A DNA stretch of 64,000 nucleotides from Clostridiales bacterium Firm_08 (GTDB lineage: Bacteria; Bacillota; Clostridia; Oscillospirales; QAKW01). The DNA is taken from assembly GCA_001604045.1 (NCBI GenBank), contig LVAN01000003.1:63765-127764 (forward strand), read 5' to 3'. Below, piece by piece: positions 52,513 through 61,915 of the stretch. Below the pieces are notes generated by a model. It did not search any database. It worked only from the letters and a program-made list of their open reading frames with translations, and had not been told where the DNA came from. Numbering within the stretch: position 1 is the stretch's first letter; every line of letters starts with the position of its first letter. A program made the position numbers and the translations under genes.

Positions 52513-53898
52513 TTATTCCGCCGTGACGGAGGAAAGCGCGCTGTATTCCTCATAGACGACGCCGTTGTGCTCAAAGCAGATATATGCCGCGGCACAGCGC
52601 GTTTTGCCCGGCTGGATCCTTGTGAAGCGGTATCCGAATTTGCGGTATATACGGGTCAGCCCCATTTCGGATTGCTCATAGGTGTAGCGGACGACGCGCG
52701 GCTCGTCGACGGAGACGCCGTTTTTAAGGTTTTCGATATAGGTCGTCAGCGCTTCCTCGTTCGTGCTGTACAGCAGACCGTAGGAAAACACCTTGATATC
52801 GCCCGTGTCGGTGTTGAACAGGTCGGTACCGCTCACCGTCACCCGGAAATAAAGGGTGTACAGCGGATCGTCGGTATCCGTCTGCGATAAGGACGGCGGG
52901 GCGATCGTCAGATCGAACATATGAAGGATATCATCCCCCCGCAGTGAGAGTTTCCCGTTGGTAATATGCCAGACGGAAACAAAATCAAGCGCGGGGAAGA
53001 CCGCGGCGTTGCCGTCATCTGACGCGGAAAACGCGGTAAGCGTGTTGTTTTTGGTATATTTCGTGCCTTTGTTGTTGACGCCCTGAGCGGTGTCAACATA
53101 ATAACTGTCGGTGATCGGGCCGTAGTTGTACGCCACGATGCCCGCGGTGTACAGATTGGTTTGGGTCGCGTGCGTCGTGGTCGCGCTGACCGAGCCGAAG
53201 TTGACAGATGACGTGACGGTGCCGTTGGTAGTCAGATTGTTATATCCCTGATACCCCACGATGCCGCCCGCGGCGATCCACGCGTTGCTGTTGCTGGCGC
53301 AGGAGATATCCGCGCGGTTCAGACAGTTGGTGATCGTCCGGAAATTGCCGCCGGCGATACCGCCGACATCCAGTTTGCTGGAACCGATCGTTGTCGCGCG
53401 GATGCTGCCGGTTACGGTACATCCGGAGATGGTGCCCTTGTTGCGGGCGGCAATGCCGCCGATATACGCCTCCTGCATAACGACATCCATCTGGGTGAGA
53501 TCGGTGGTGAAGTCAAGCAATAGATCCTGCAGTTCAAGATCCCTGATGGTCCCGGAGGAGGTCCCGAACAAGCCGGCGAACGGCATAGTTTCCTCATTAG
53601 AGCAGTCCACCGTGATCACAAGTCCCCGGATATAGTGTCCGTTGCCGTCGAACGTACCGGTGAACTCCTCGCTCTCAGCGCCGGGATTTTCCAGATTGCC
53701 CGCCGCGATGGGCGTAAAGCCGCTGCCGGCATAGATGATATCCGCGTCCAGCCGGTAACTTGCCGTCAGGTTGTTCCTGACCGCGTCTAACTGGGCGATC
53801 GTTTTGATGCTGATCACGCTGTCCGCTGACGCCGCAAAGATCATCATGGAACAAAGCAGAGCGATCATTGTCAGCAATGCAGGGATCCTTTTTTTCAT
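52513..53898 (-). CDS. secreted GLUG-motif repeat protein with uncharacterised C-terminal domain
   Basis: Signal peptide. Repeated FAGLFG..G.I..L, IGGIAARNKGTISGC, VGGIAGGNFRTITNC and AGGIVGYQ units (GLUG-type). The C-terminal domain is shared with the esterase at 45436..46653. Confidence 0.7.
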   Translation of the reverse strand: MKKRIPALLTMIALLCSMMIFAASADSVISIKTIAQLDAVRNNLTASYRLDADIIYAGSGFTPIAAGNLENPGAESEEFTGTFDGNGHYIRGLVITVDCSNEETMPFAGLFGTSSGTIRDLELQDLLLDFTTDLTQMDVVMQEAYIGGIAARNKGTISGCTVTGSIRATTIGSSKLDVGGIAGGNFRTITNCLNRADISCASNSNAWIAAGGIVGYQGYNNLTTNGTVTSSVNFGSVSATTTHATQTNLYTAGIVAYNYGPITDSYYVDTAQGVNNKGTKYTKNNTLTAFSASDDGNAAVFPALDFVSVWHITNGKLSLRGDDILHMFDLTIAPPSLSQTDTDDPLYTLYFRVTVSGTDLFNTDTGDIKVFSYGLLYSTNEEALTTYIENLKNGVSVDEPRVVRYTYEQSEMGLTRIYRKFGYRFTRIQPGKTRCAAAYICFEHNGVVYEEYSALSSVTAE

Positions 53899-53920
53899 GG
53901 ATTTAGCACCTCTTTCGTTA

Positions 53921-55165
53921 TTATAATAAGCGGATGCCGCCCGTTGGACGGACGCTTACGTTATAGCAGCAGTGTTCTCCGAACAGTTTTTCCATCGTTT
54001 CGATATACTCCGCCGTCATCTCCTTCGGCACGAACGCCTGGATGGTGCCGCCGAAGCCGCCGCCGTGTACCCGCCACGCGCCTTTGCCTTTCAGCAGTTT
54101 TTCACTGACGCAGAGCGCTGCGGAAAGCGCCTGCCGGCGCGGATCCGACGGAGAGTAAATGTTCTGCAAATACATATAGGAAGAACGGCCGGAGTTGATG
54201 ATCTCCGTAAGAAAAGCGGAAAAATCGCCTTTTTCCAGCGCCGCCGCCGCGCGATCGACCGTCCGGTTCTCCTCAAAGAAGTGGACGGCGCGCGTCACGC
54301 CAAGATCGCCCGCCGTTTTGCGGACTTCGGCAAGCGACGACCAGAATTCGGCTTCGTCTACCTCGCGCAGACACTCCTTGCCGAACATACGGCTGACCGC
54401 GCTCATATCCTCCCGGATGGCGGCGTAATCCGCCGTCGCGTCCGCGTGATCGGCGCGGCAGTCGGTAATGACAAGGTCAAAGCCGGTCGCCGCAAAGTTG
54501 AACGAAACAGGCGTGATGACGGGATGTTTCACGTCCTTGAAATCTATTTTAACAAATCCGCCCACCGAACAGGCTGTTTGATCCATCAGCCCGGAGGGCT
54601 TTCCGAAATATACATTTTCCGCGTACTGAGAGATTTTCGCGGCTTCCACGGGATCCGGTCTGCCGTCGTTGTAAAAATGGGAAAGCAGGGTGCAGATCAA
54701 AATCTCGTAAGCGGCGGACGAACTCATCCCGGATCCTTTGAGAACGTTGGTGGTATTGAACGCTTTGAAACCGCCGATATCAAAGCCCAGCGCCTTCATA
54801 CGCGCGGCGACGCCCCGGACGATCGCGGTGCTTGTTCCTTCCTCATCCGGTTCGGGGTCGAGATCGTCGATATCCACGATGACCGTGGGGAAAGTGTCCG
54901 AGGCGATGACGATCAGCCCGTCGTCCGACTTCGCGGCGGCCGCCGCGACGTCAAGATCGATGGCCGCCGCCATCACCTTGCCCATATTGTGATCGGTGTG
55001 GTTGCCGCAGATCTCGCTTCTGCCGGGAGCGCTGAACCATCCTTCCGGATCAATACCGAACGCGTCGCGAAACGACGCCGTGAGACGTTCGTAGCGTTCG
55101 TAGTGCGCCTTTATCGTCCGCGCCGGGTACAGCGCGTCGATCGCGGCTTTGAGTTGCTCCGTCAT
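53921..55165 (-). CDS. galK: galactokinase (GHMP kinase family)
   Basis: FSAPGRSEICGNHTDHN galactokinase signature and GHMP motif GSGMSSSAA. ATG 55165. Confidence 0.85.
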   Translation of the reverse strand: MTEQLKAAIDALYPARTIKAHYERYERLTASFRDAFGIDPEGWFSAPGRSEICGNHTDHNMGKVMAAAIDLDVAAAAAKSDDGLIVIASDTFPTVIVDIDDLDPEPDEEGTSTAIVRGVAARMKALGFDIGGFKAFNTTNVLKGSGMSSSAAYEILICTLLSHFYNDGRPDPVEAAKISQYAENVYFGKPSGLMDQTACSVGGFVKIDFKDVKHPVITPVSFNFAATGFDLVITDCRADHADATADYAAIREDMSAVSRMFGKECLREVDEAEFWSSLAEVRKTAGDLGVTRAVHFFEENRTVDRAAAALEKGDFSAFLTEIINSGRSSYMYLQNIYSPSDPRRQALSAALCVSEKLLKGKGAWRVHGGGFGGTIQAFVPKEMTAEYIETMEKLFGEHCCYNVSVRPTGGIRLL

Positions 55166-55237
55166 ATATAATCCCTTTCTTACTAATACTACACGTATAT
55201 ATTGTAACACGCGAAAAAAATTTTTTCAATATTATTC

Positions 55238-55266
55238 TTTACATTTCGAAAAATGTGTGATATACT
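55238..55266 (+). promoter_or_regulatory. sigma-A type promoter for tRNA-Gln
   Basis: TTTACA, 17 nt, TATACT, with a TGn extended -10. Confidence 0.6.
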
Positions 55267-55283
55267 CTTTAAAGCAAAGCCGC

Positions 55284-55360
55284 TGGGATATAGCCAAGTT
55301 GGTAAGGCAATGGATTCTGACTCCATGATTCCGAAGGTTCGAGTCCTTCTATCCCAACCA
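55284..55360 (+). tRNA. tRNA-Gln (anticodon CUG), CCA encoded
   Basis: Manual fold. Acceptor TGGGATA/TATCCCA, 3-bp D stem GCC/GGC as in bacterial tRNA-Gln, anticodon arm ATGGA-TTCTGAC-TCCAT, T arm GAAGG-TTCGAGT-CCTTC. Confidence 0.9.
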
Positions 55361-55364
55361 AAAA

Positions 55365-55393
55365 ATCCGTCGACTATGTCGACGGATTTTTTT
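55365..55393 (+). terminator. rho-independent terminator after tRNA-Gln
   Basis: ATCCGTCGAC-tat-GTCGACGGAT followed by TTTTTTT. Confidence 0.8.
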
Positions 55394-55395
55394 AT

Positions 55396-55462
55396 CCGAT
55401 CCGAAGGATCGGTATGCGATCACGGCGAAGCCGTGTATGGCATCACCGCGTAAAGCGCGGTG
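55396..55462. repeat. three-hairpin module homologous to 3455-3547
   Basis: CCGATCC-gaa-GGATCGG, CACGGC-gaa-GCCGTG and CACCGCG-taaag-CGCGGTG, with the same TATGG-type linkers as the tRNA-Pro locus. Confidence 0.65.
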
Positions 55463-55585
55463 TACGTTTTTTAAGGCCTGAGGACGTACGACGCAGACGC
55501 TCTTGGCAGTGATATCCGTTTCCCCCGGGACGGATGGTATCCGCCCGCGGCAAGGCGAAAGATTTCACTTTTTTTAAAAACGCAC

Positions 55586-55614
55586 TTGACAAACGGGAGA
55601 AAATATGCTATTAT
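55586..55614 (+). promoter_or_regulatory. sigma-A type promoter of amino-acid ABC transporter operon
   Basis: TTGACA, 17 nt, TATTAT. Confidence 0.6.
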
Positions 55615-55645
55615 TTTATCGCTTTATCAAAGTAAAGCGATAAAA
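55614..55645. promoter_or_regulatory. 13-bp-arm perfect inverted repeat at predicted +1 (operator or 5' stem-loop)
   Basis: TTTTATCGCTTTA-tcaaag-TAAAGCGATAAAA. Confidence 0.45.
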
Positions 55646-55667
55646 TACGCAAGAGGAGAATTTTAAG

Positions 55668-56459
55668 ATGAAACAATGGATGAAGATCGTCGCGATCCTC
55701 GCGATCGCGGTGCTGGCGCTGGGCATGATGAGCGCCTGCGGCAAAAAGAACGCCGACTTTGACGAGGTCGTCGCCAAGGGCAAACTTGTCGTCGGTATCA
55801 CCGATTTCGAGCCGATGGACTATCAGGACGCCGATAAAAACTGGATCGGCTTTGACGCCGATATGGCGACCAAGTTCGCCGAAAGCCTCGGACTCGGCGT
55901 GGAGTTCGTCGAGATCGAGTGGGATAACAAGGTGTTGGAACTGGACGGCAAGACCATCGACTGTGTTTGGAACGGCATGACGCTGACCGATGAGGTCAAG
56001 AGCGCGATGGAGACCAGCAACGCCTACTGCAATAACGCGCAGATCGTCGTTTTGCCGAAGGCGAACGCCGACAAGTATCAGACCGCTGAGGACTGCAAGG
56101 ATCTGAAATTCGCCGTGGAAAACGGCTCCGCCGGCAAGGCCGTCGCGGAGGAAAACAACTTCACCTTTATCGAGGTCAAGGATCAGGCCTCCGCGCTGAT
56201 GGAAGTCGCCGCGGGCACCAGCGACGCCGCGATCATCGACTCTCTGATGGCCGCCGCGATGGTCGGCGAGGGCACCAGCTACGCCGATCTGACCTACACC
56301 GTCAAACTCAATTCCGAGGAGTACGGCGTCGGTTTCCGCAAGGGCAGCGCGCTGGCGGAAAGACTCAACGCTTTCTTTAAATCCGCCTGGGCGGACGGCA
56401 CGATGCAGACCGTCGCCGAGAAATACGGCGTTCAGGCCGCGCTCATCGAGCAGAAATAA
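55668..56459 (+). CDS. amino acid ABC transporter substrate-binding lipoprotein
   Basis: Lipobox LGMMSAC. Type 3 SBP pattern (GKLVVGITDFEPMDY..WDN). Confidence 0.9.
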   Translation: MKQWMKIVAILAIAVLALGMMSACGKKNADFDEVVAKGKLVVGITDFEPMDYQDADKNWIGFDADMATKFAESLGLGVEFVEIEWDNKVLELDGKTIDCVWNGMTLTDEVKSAMETSNAYCNNAQIVVLPKANADKYQTAEDCKDLKFAVENGSAGKAVAEENNFTFIEVKDQASALMEVAAGTSDAAIIDSLMAAAMVGEGTSYADLTYTVKLNSEEYGVGFRKGSALAERLNAFFKSAWADGTMQTVAEKYGVQAALIEQK

Positions 56460-56535
56460 GGAAATCTGAAAAGGAGAGCAGAGAACGCGCCCGGCGCGTT
56501 CTCTGTTTTCGACGTAAAAAAGGAAGTTAAGCGTT

Positions 56536-57225
56536 ATGAACACGTTTTTTGAGCAATTTCCCATCGTATTTAACGCGCTCAATGTCGGGTTTTTACAGAC
56601 GATGAAGCTGTTCGCCGTCACCCTGCTCGGCGCGATCCCGCTGGGGCTTCTGATATGTTTCGGTTCGATGTCCCGGTTCAAACCGCTGTCGTCGGTGGTG
56701 CGGACCATCGTGTGGGTGGTGCGCGGTTCGCCGCTGATGATCCAGCTGCTCATTGTTTATTATTTCCCCGGGCTTGTGCTGAAAACGGCGATCTGGGGCG
56801 GCGGGGAGCATGGGCGCTTCATCGCCGCGTCCATCGCGTTCATCCTCAATTACGCCTGCTACTTTTCCGAGATCTACCGCGGCGGCATCCAGGGGGTGCC
56901 GCACGGACAGCAGGAGGCGGGGCAGGTGCTGGGGCTTTCCCGCCGGCAGATCTTTTTCAAGATAACGCTTTTGCAGATGATCAAGCGGATCGTGCCGCCG
57001 ATGAGCAATGAGATCATCACGCTGGTCAAGGACACTTCTCTCGCCCGCATCATCGCCCTGCAGGAGATCATCTGGGCGGGACAGGCGTTTATGAAGGGGT
57101 CGCAGGGCATTTCCGGGCAGATCTGGCCGCTGTTTTTTACGGCGGTGTACTACCTTGTGTTCAGCGGCATCCTGACCATCCTGTTCTCGAAGCTCGAAAA
57201 GAAGCTTTCGTATTTTAAAGTATAG
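56536..57225 (+). CDS. amino acid ABC transporter permease (His/Glu/Gln/Arg/opine family)
   Basis: EAA-type loop E(A)[19 protein letters not shown] and five TM helices. Confidence 0.9.
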   Translation: MNTFFEQFPIVFNALNVGFLQTMKLFAVTLLGAIPLGLLICFGSMSRFKPLSSVVRTIVWVVRGSPLMIQLLIVYYFPGLVLKTAIWGGGEHGRFIAASIAFILNYACYFSEIYRGGIQGVPHGQQEAGQVLGLSRRQIFFKITLLQMIKRIVPPMSNEIITLVKDTSLARIIALQEIIWAGQAFMKGSQGISGQIWPLFFTAVYYLVFSGILTILFSKLEKKLSYFKV

Positions 57226-57236
57226 GGGGTGGGAAA

Positions 57237-57995
57237 ATGGCACTGCTCAGAGTGGAGGACATCCGCAAAAAATTCGGAAAGAACGAAGTCCTGAAAGGCA
57301 TTTCCTTTTCCCTGGAAAAAGGCGAGGTGCTGGCGATCATCGGCTCCTCCGGCAGCGGTAAGACGACGCTGCTCCGATGCCTGAACTTTTTGGAAACGCC
57401 GGAACAGGGGCGCATTTTCGTCGGGGATGAGGAACTGTTTGACGGCGAGGCGAACGAGAAAATGTCCGATGAGCAGATCCGCGTCAAGCGGCTGCATTTC
57501 GGGCTGGTCTTTCAAAACTTCAATCTGTTTCCGCAGTATAACATTCTGCAGAACGTGACGCTCGCGCCTTCGCTGCTTAAGATCGACACGCCGCAGAATA
57601 TCGAGGCGCACGCGAGAGAACTCATTGAAAAAGTGGGCTTGACTGAAAAGGCGGCGCAGTACCCCTGCGAACTGTCCGGCGGACAACAGCAGCGGGTGGC
57701 GATCGCGAGAGCCCTCGCGATGCGGCCGGACATCCTGTGTTTCGACGAACCGACCAGCGCCCTTGACCCGGAACTGACGGGCGAAGTGCTGAAAGCCATC
57801 AAGGGTCTCAAAAGCGGGGACAGCACCATGATCGTCGTCACCCACGAAATGGAGTTCGCCAAAAACGTGGCGGACCGTGTGATCTTTATGGCGGACGGCG
57901 TCATCGAGGAGGAGGGCACGCCCGCCGACGTGTTCGATCATCCGAAAAGCGAAAAGACCCGCGCGTTTTTGCAGAACTCGCTGGAAAATTTTTGA
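57237..57995 (+). CDS. amino acid ABC transporter ATP-binding protein
   Basis: Walker [10 protein letters not shown], signature [15 protein letters not shown], Walker [13 protein letters not shown]. Confidence 0.95.
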   Translation: MALLRVEDIRKKFGKNEVLKGISFSLEKGEVLAIIGSSGSGKTTLLRCLNFLETPEQGRIFVGDEELFDGEANEKMSDEQIRVKRLHFGLVFQNFNLFPQYNILQNVTLAPSLLKIDTPQNIEAHARELIEKVGLTEKAAQYPCELSGGQQQRVAIARALAMRPDILCFDEPTSALDPELTGEVLKAIKGLKSGDSTMIVVTHEMEFAKNVADRVIFMADGVIEEEGTPADVFDHPKSEKTRAFLQNSLENF

Positions 57996-58032
57996 TAAGA
58001 AAACTTAAAAATATCATCCGATTTATATACTT

Positions 58033-58060
58033 TTCAAGCGTACCGTACGGTACGCTTGAA
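58033..58060. promoter_or_regulatory. perfect 28-bp palindrome TTCAAGCGTACCGT|ACGGTACGCTTGAA
   Basis: Read directly from the sequence. It lies between the ABC ATPase stop (57995) and the hydrolase SD/ATG (58067/58079). No U-tract follows on either strand. Confidence 0.5.
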
Positions 58061-58078
58061 GCATATAGGAGGGATACT

Positions 58079-59491
58079 ATGCGAAGGCTTGTAAAGATCG
58101 GCGAGGTGCCGCCGAAACACTCCCTGGACGTAAAGGAAAGCCGGCTCGGCATCGGGTTTGAGAAACTTGACCGCGGTCTGTTCGATCCCGAACAGGCGTA
58201 CGACAAGGTCGCGTCTCTCGGCGTCAAATGGATCCGCCTGCAATCGGGATGGGAGCGCACCGAGCGGGAGAAAGGCGTCTACGATTTTTCCTGGCTGGAC
58301 GAAATCACGGACAACCTGATCCGGCGGGGGCTTCGTCCCTGGCTTTGCCTGTGCTACGGCAATAAATTGTATTCCAAACACGCGGAGGCGTATTTCGGTT
58401 CGGTCGGCTGTCCGCCTGTCGGCACCGAAACGGAGCGCGCGGCATGGGACGCCTATGTTACAGCGACCGTGCGGCATTTCAAAGGCCGGATCGGCCGCTA
58501 TGAGATCTGGAACGAGCCGGATCAGCCCTATTCCTGGCGGCACGCCGATACCGTCGGCGTTAAAGGAGAGCCGGACGGCAAAGAGTACGGCGAGTTTGCC
58601 ATCCGCACGGCGAAGGCGATCAAAGCCGCTGACCCGGACGCCAAAGTGTTCGGCTTCGGCATCGGATCCTGTAAGGATCTTTCCTTTTTTTTCGCCGCGA
58701 TGGATACCGGCGTCGCAAAGTATATCGACGCGGTCACCTATCATACCTATACCACCAAACTCCATAAACGGACGGAGTATTTTCATATCCTGCGGGATAT
58801 CATCGATATGTACGACCCCTCGATCCGGCTGATCCAGGGGGAGAGCGGCGCGCAGTCCGGCTGTTCCGCCGCCGGCGCGCTGTGGGGGATGAACCTTACG
58901 CCCGCCAAACAACTCTGTATGGTGCTTCGGCAGATGATCATCGACCTGGCGCTGGACACGGAGTTCTGTTCCTATTTCTCCTCGCTCGATATGGCGGAAG
59001 CCCTGAACGCCACGACGTCGGACGCCGCGAGCCGGAAGGACTACGCCTACTTCGGGCTGATCGCCGCGGAATTTGACGAAAACGGCGTGGCAAACGGCAA
59101 ATATACAGAAAAACCGTCCTATTTCGCGATGCGGACGCTTGCTTCATTGTTCGCGGGGGATTTCAAAGTAAAAAGTCTGCCCTGCCGCTTTACGGAGGAG
59201 GCGTGCCGCTACGTCAACGGCTTTGATCTCGCCGATCCCGCCCGGTATTCCTTTATTCTGGAGGACGGCAGTAAGGCGCTGGTGTACTGGAACCCCGTCG
59301 ACCCGCTGACGGCGACCTATGAGGGCACCGTTTGTGTTGAAATGCCGACGGCGGGAGATATTGAGCTGATCGACCTGCGGAACGGCGATATCTATTCCAT
59401 CCCCGACGATATGGCGGAACGTACCGCGTCGACAACCTTTTTGAAACATATCCCGGTGTACGATTTCCCCGTTATGCTGCGGTGGAAATAA
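58079..59491 (+). CDS. clan GH-A (TIM-barrel) glycoside hydrolase, GH39/GH5-like
   Basis: ATG 58079 with an AGGAGGG Shine-Dalgarno. YEIWNEPD is the acid/base NEP motif, and IQGESG is a candidate nucleophile. No signal peptide. Family assignment is tentative. Confidence 0.65.
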   Translation: MRRLVKIGEVPPKHSLDVKESRLGIGFEKLDRGLFDPEQAYDKVASLGVKWIRLQSGWERTEREKGVYDFSWLDEITDNLIRRGLRPWLCLCYGNKLYSKHAEAYFGSVGCPPVGTETERAAWDAYVTATVRHFKGRIGRYEIWNEPDQPYSWRHADTVGVKGEPDGKEYGEFAIRTAKAIKAADPDAKVFGFGIGSCKDLSFFFAAMDTGVAKYIDAVTYHTYTTKLHKRTEYFHILRDIIDMYDPSIRLIQGESGAQSGCSAAGALWGMNLTPAKQLCMVLRQMIIDLALDTEFCSYFSSLDMAEALNATTSDAASRKDYAYFGLIAAEFDENGVANGKYTEKPSYFAMRTLASLFAGDFKVKSLPCRFTEEACRYVNGFDLADPARYSFILEDGSKALVYWNPVDPLTATYEGTVCVEMPTAGDIELIDLRNGDIYSIPDDMAERTASTTFLKHIPVYDFPVMLRWK

Positions 59492-59522
59492 AAAAACAAC
59501 TCCCCGCGGGGAGTTGTTTTTA
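59492..59522. terminator. bidirectional rho-independent terminator
   Basis: AAAAAACAACTCCCC-gcg-GGGGAGTTGTTTTT. Confidence 0.8.
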
Positions 59523-60302
59523 CTTTACGATATGAAGTTCGATCTTGTGCGTCTTGATGAGTTTCATAAGCGCGGCCGGAAGGGGATAGGCGTCGTCGGT
59601 GATGATCTCGTCGATCCCGTCCAGTTCCGCGAAACGGTAGATCGAACGTCTGTCGATCTTTTTGCTTTCGATGATCAGCACCCTGCGCGCGGCGTGTTCC
59701 AGCATACGCCCCAGGACGTTTCCTTCGTCGATGCTCGACGTCATCAGCGCGGGACCGCTGACCGCGCTGGCGCTGACGAACACGATGTCCGCGGTGTAAT
59801 GCTCAAGCTGCTTTTCAAACACGGGACCGTAGGTGAAATGTTCGGTAAGATGCACCTGTCCGCCCAGCAGGATGGCCTTGCCGTCATACAGTCCGACGGC
59901 GTTCCTGTCGCTCAGTATGCCGACGACGGGCAGGGAGTTGGTAAGGACGGTCAGATTGTGCACGCCCGTGATGCTGGCGGCGACCGCCTCCATCGTCGAG
60001 CCGGCGGCGATCACGACGACGGCGTTGTTTTTGAGCATCCCCGCGGCGTAGGCGCCGAGTTTGTTCTTGACGACGCTGTTGGTGATCTTGCGCTGTGTGT
60101 AAGCCGCCTCCACGACTTGCGGATTAACGGGGACGGCGCCGCCGTGGACCTTGGTCAGAACGTTTTTTTCGCATAGCGCGTTGATGTCGCGGCGGACCGT
60201 CTCGATGGAGACGTCCAGTTCTTTGGCGACTTTACTGATGATCACCTCACCGTCCCGAAGGGCGATGGTCTCGATCATTTTTTGACGGGCGTTGGTCAGC
60301 AT
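59520..60302 (-). CDS. DeoR/GlpR-family transcriptional regulator
   Basis: N-terminal HTH (VSIETVRRDINAL) and a DeoR C-terminal sugar-phosphate sensor domain. Divergent from the glpA-like operon. Confidence 0.9.
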   Translation of the reverse strand: MLTNARQKMIETIALRDGEVIISKVAKELDVSIETVRRDINALCEKNVLTKVHGGAVPVNPQVVEAAYTQRKITNSVVKNKLGAYAAGMLKNNAVVVIAAGSTMEAVAASITGVHNLTVLTNSLPVVGILSDRNAVGLYDGKAILLGGQVHLTEHFTYGPVFEKQLEHYTADIVFVSASAVSGPALMTSSIDEGNVLGRMLEHAARRVLIIESKKIDRRSIYRFAELDGIDEIITDDAYPLPAALMKLIKTHKIELHIVK

Positions 60303-60401
60303 GGTTTCACCTTCCTGTTCCCTTCTTTTGTTTTTTATTGTTCAATTCAAAAGTATAGCACATTTTCAAGCAAAAATCAACCGAAATCGATCGAAAATGT
60401 G

Positions 60402-60430
60402 TTGACTTATTTGAAAAAACGGTGTATAAT
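60402..60430 (+). promoter_or_regulatory. sigma-A type promoter of glpA-like operon
   Basis: TTGACT, 17 nt, TATAAT. The inverted repeat CACATTTTC (60359-60367)/GAAAATGTG (60393-60401) abuts the -35. Confidence 0.6.
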
Positions 60431-60461
60431 GTGGACAATCAATTCGTATGAGGAGGTCAAT

Positions 60462-61901
60462 ATGTTGAAGACTGATGTATTGGTGATCGGCGCCGGCGCG
60501 GTCGGTACCGCCATCACCAGAGAACTCACCAAGTACAAACTCGACGTGATCTGCGTGGACAAAAACGACGATGTGGGCGGCGACTGTTCCAAGAGCAACA
60601 GCGCGATCATCCACACCGGCTATGACGCGTCTCCCGGCACGCTTGAATCCGAGCTTGTCGTGGCGGCAAATCCCCGGTATGATCAGCTTTGCGAGGATCT
60701 GGACATCCCCTTCTCCCGCATCGGCGCGATCCTTCCCGCGATCACTGACGAGCAGTTCGCGCAGCTGCCCGCCATCAAAGAAAAAGCGCTGAAAAACAGA
60801 GTGTACGACATCGAGTACCGTTCCAAAGAGCAGCTGCTTGAAATGGAGCCGGAACTCAATCCCGATGTCAAGGGCGGTCTGTGGATCCCGCGTGAGAGCA
60901 TCATCGATCCCTTCCTGTTCGTCGTCGCGATGGCGGAGAACGCCGTCGCCAACGGCGCCCGTTTCCTGCTGGAGACGGAAGTCACCGGCATCGACGTGGA
61001 GGACGGCAAGGTCGTGCGCGCCAAGACCACTGCGGGCGATATCGAGGCGAAGTACATCATCAACGCCGCGGGTCTTCACTGCGACGAGGTCGCGGATATG
61101 GTCGGCAAAGCCGATTATACCGTCGTACCGAGAAAAGGACAGTTCTACATCCTCGATAAAAACACCTCCTGTAAAGTCAATCATATCGTCCTGCCCATCC
61201 CGACCAAGGTCACCAAGGGCAAACTGATGACCCCGACGATGCACGGCAATATGCTTGTCGGACCCACGGCGGAGGATCAGCTGGACAAGAAAGATAAATC
61301 CACCAACGCCGCGGGGCTCGCCAGCATCCGGGACGACGTTTCCAAACTCATCCCGAACGTCCAGCTGCGCGACACCATCACCCAGTACAGCGGCCTGCGC
61401 GCCAACCGTAATCCCGAGGGACTGCGGATCGACGTTTACGACGATCTGGGCGGTTACATCAACCTGTCCGGCGTTCGTTCCACCGGTCTTACCAACTCGG
61501 TATCCATCGGCACATACGTCGCGGATCTTATGAAAAAAATGGGCGCCGAAATGGTGTGGAAGGACAACTTCATCACCAAACGCAAGGGCATCGCCCGCTT
61601 CCATGAACTCTCGCTCGAGGAGCAGGAGGAACTCATCAAAAAGAACCCGCTGTACGGCAACATCGTCTGCCGCTGCGAGACTGTGACCGAAGGCGAGATC
61701 GTCGACGCCATCCACGCTCCCATCCCCGCGCGTTCCATGGACGCGATCAAGCGCAGACTGCGCGCCGGTATGGGTCGCTGCCAGGGCGGCTTCTGCGGGC
61801 CCAAGGTCATCGAGATCCTTTCAAGAGAACTCGGCATCCCGACCGAACAGGTCTGCAAGAACAACAAGCAGTCTTATATGATCTGCGGTAAAGTGAAATA
61901 A
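60462..61901 (+). CDS. FAD-dependent glycerol-3-phosphate dehydrogenase-like oxidoreductase with BFD-like [2Fe-2S] domain
   Basis: DVLVIGAGAVGTA dinucleotide fold. C-terminal CRCETVTEGEI..R.GMGRCQGGFC BFD-like motif. AGGAGG Shine-Dalgarno. Confidence 0.85.
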   Translation: MLKTDVLVIGAGAVGTAITRELTKYKLDVICVDKNDDVGGDCSKSNSAIIHTGYDASPGTLESELVVAANPRYDQLCEDLDIPFSRIGAILPAITDEQFAQLPAIKEKALKNRVYDIEYRSKEQLLEMEPELNPDVKGGLWIPRESIIDPFLFVVAMAENAVANGARFLLETEVTGIDVEDGKVVRAKTTAGDIEAKYIINAAGLHCDEVADMVGKADYTVVPRKGQFYILDKNTSCKVNHIVLPIPTKVTKGKLMTPTMHGNMLVGPTAEDQLDKKDKSTNAAGLASIRDDVSKLIPNVQLRDTITQYSGLRANRNPEGLRIDVYDDLGGYINLSGVRSTGLTNSVSIGTYVADLMKKMGAEMVWKDNFITKRKGIARFHELSLEEQEELIKKNPLYGNIVCRCETVTEGEIVDAIHAPIPARSMDAIKRRLRAGMGRCQGGFCGPKVIEILSRELGIPTEQVCKNNKQSYMICGKVK

Positions 61902-61915
61902 GGAGGACGAGCGCT

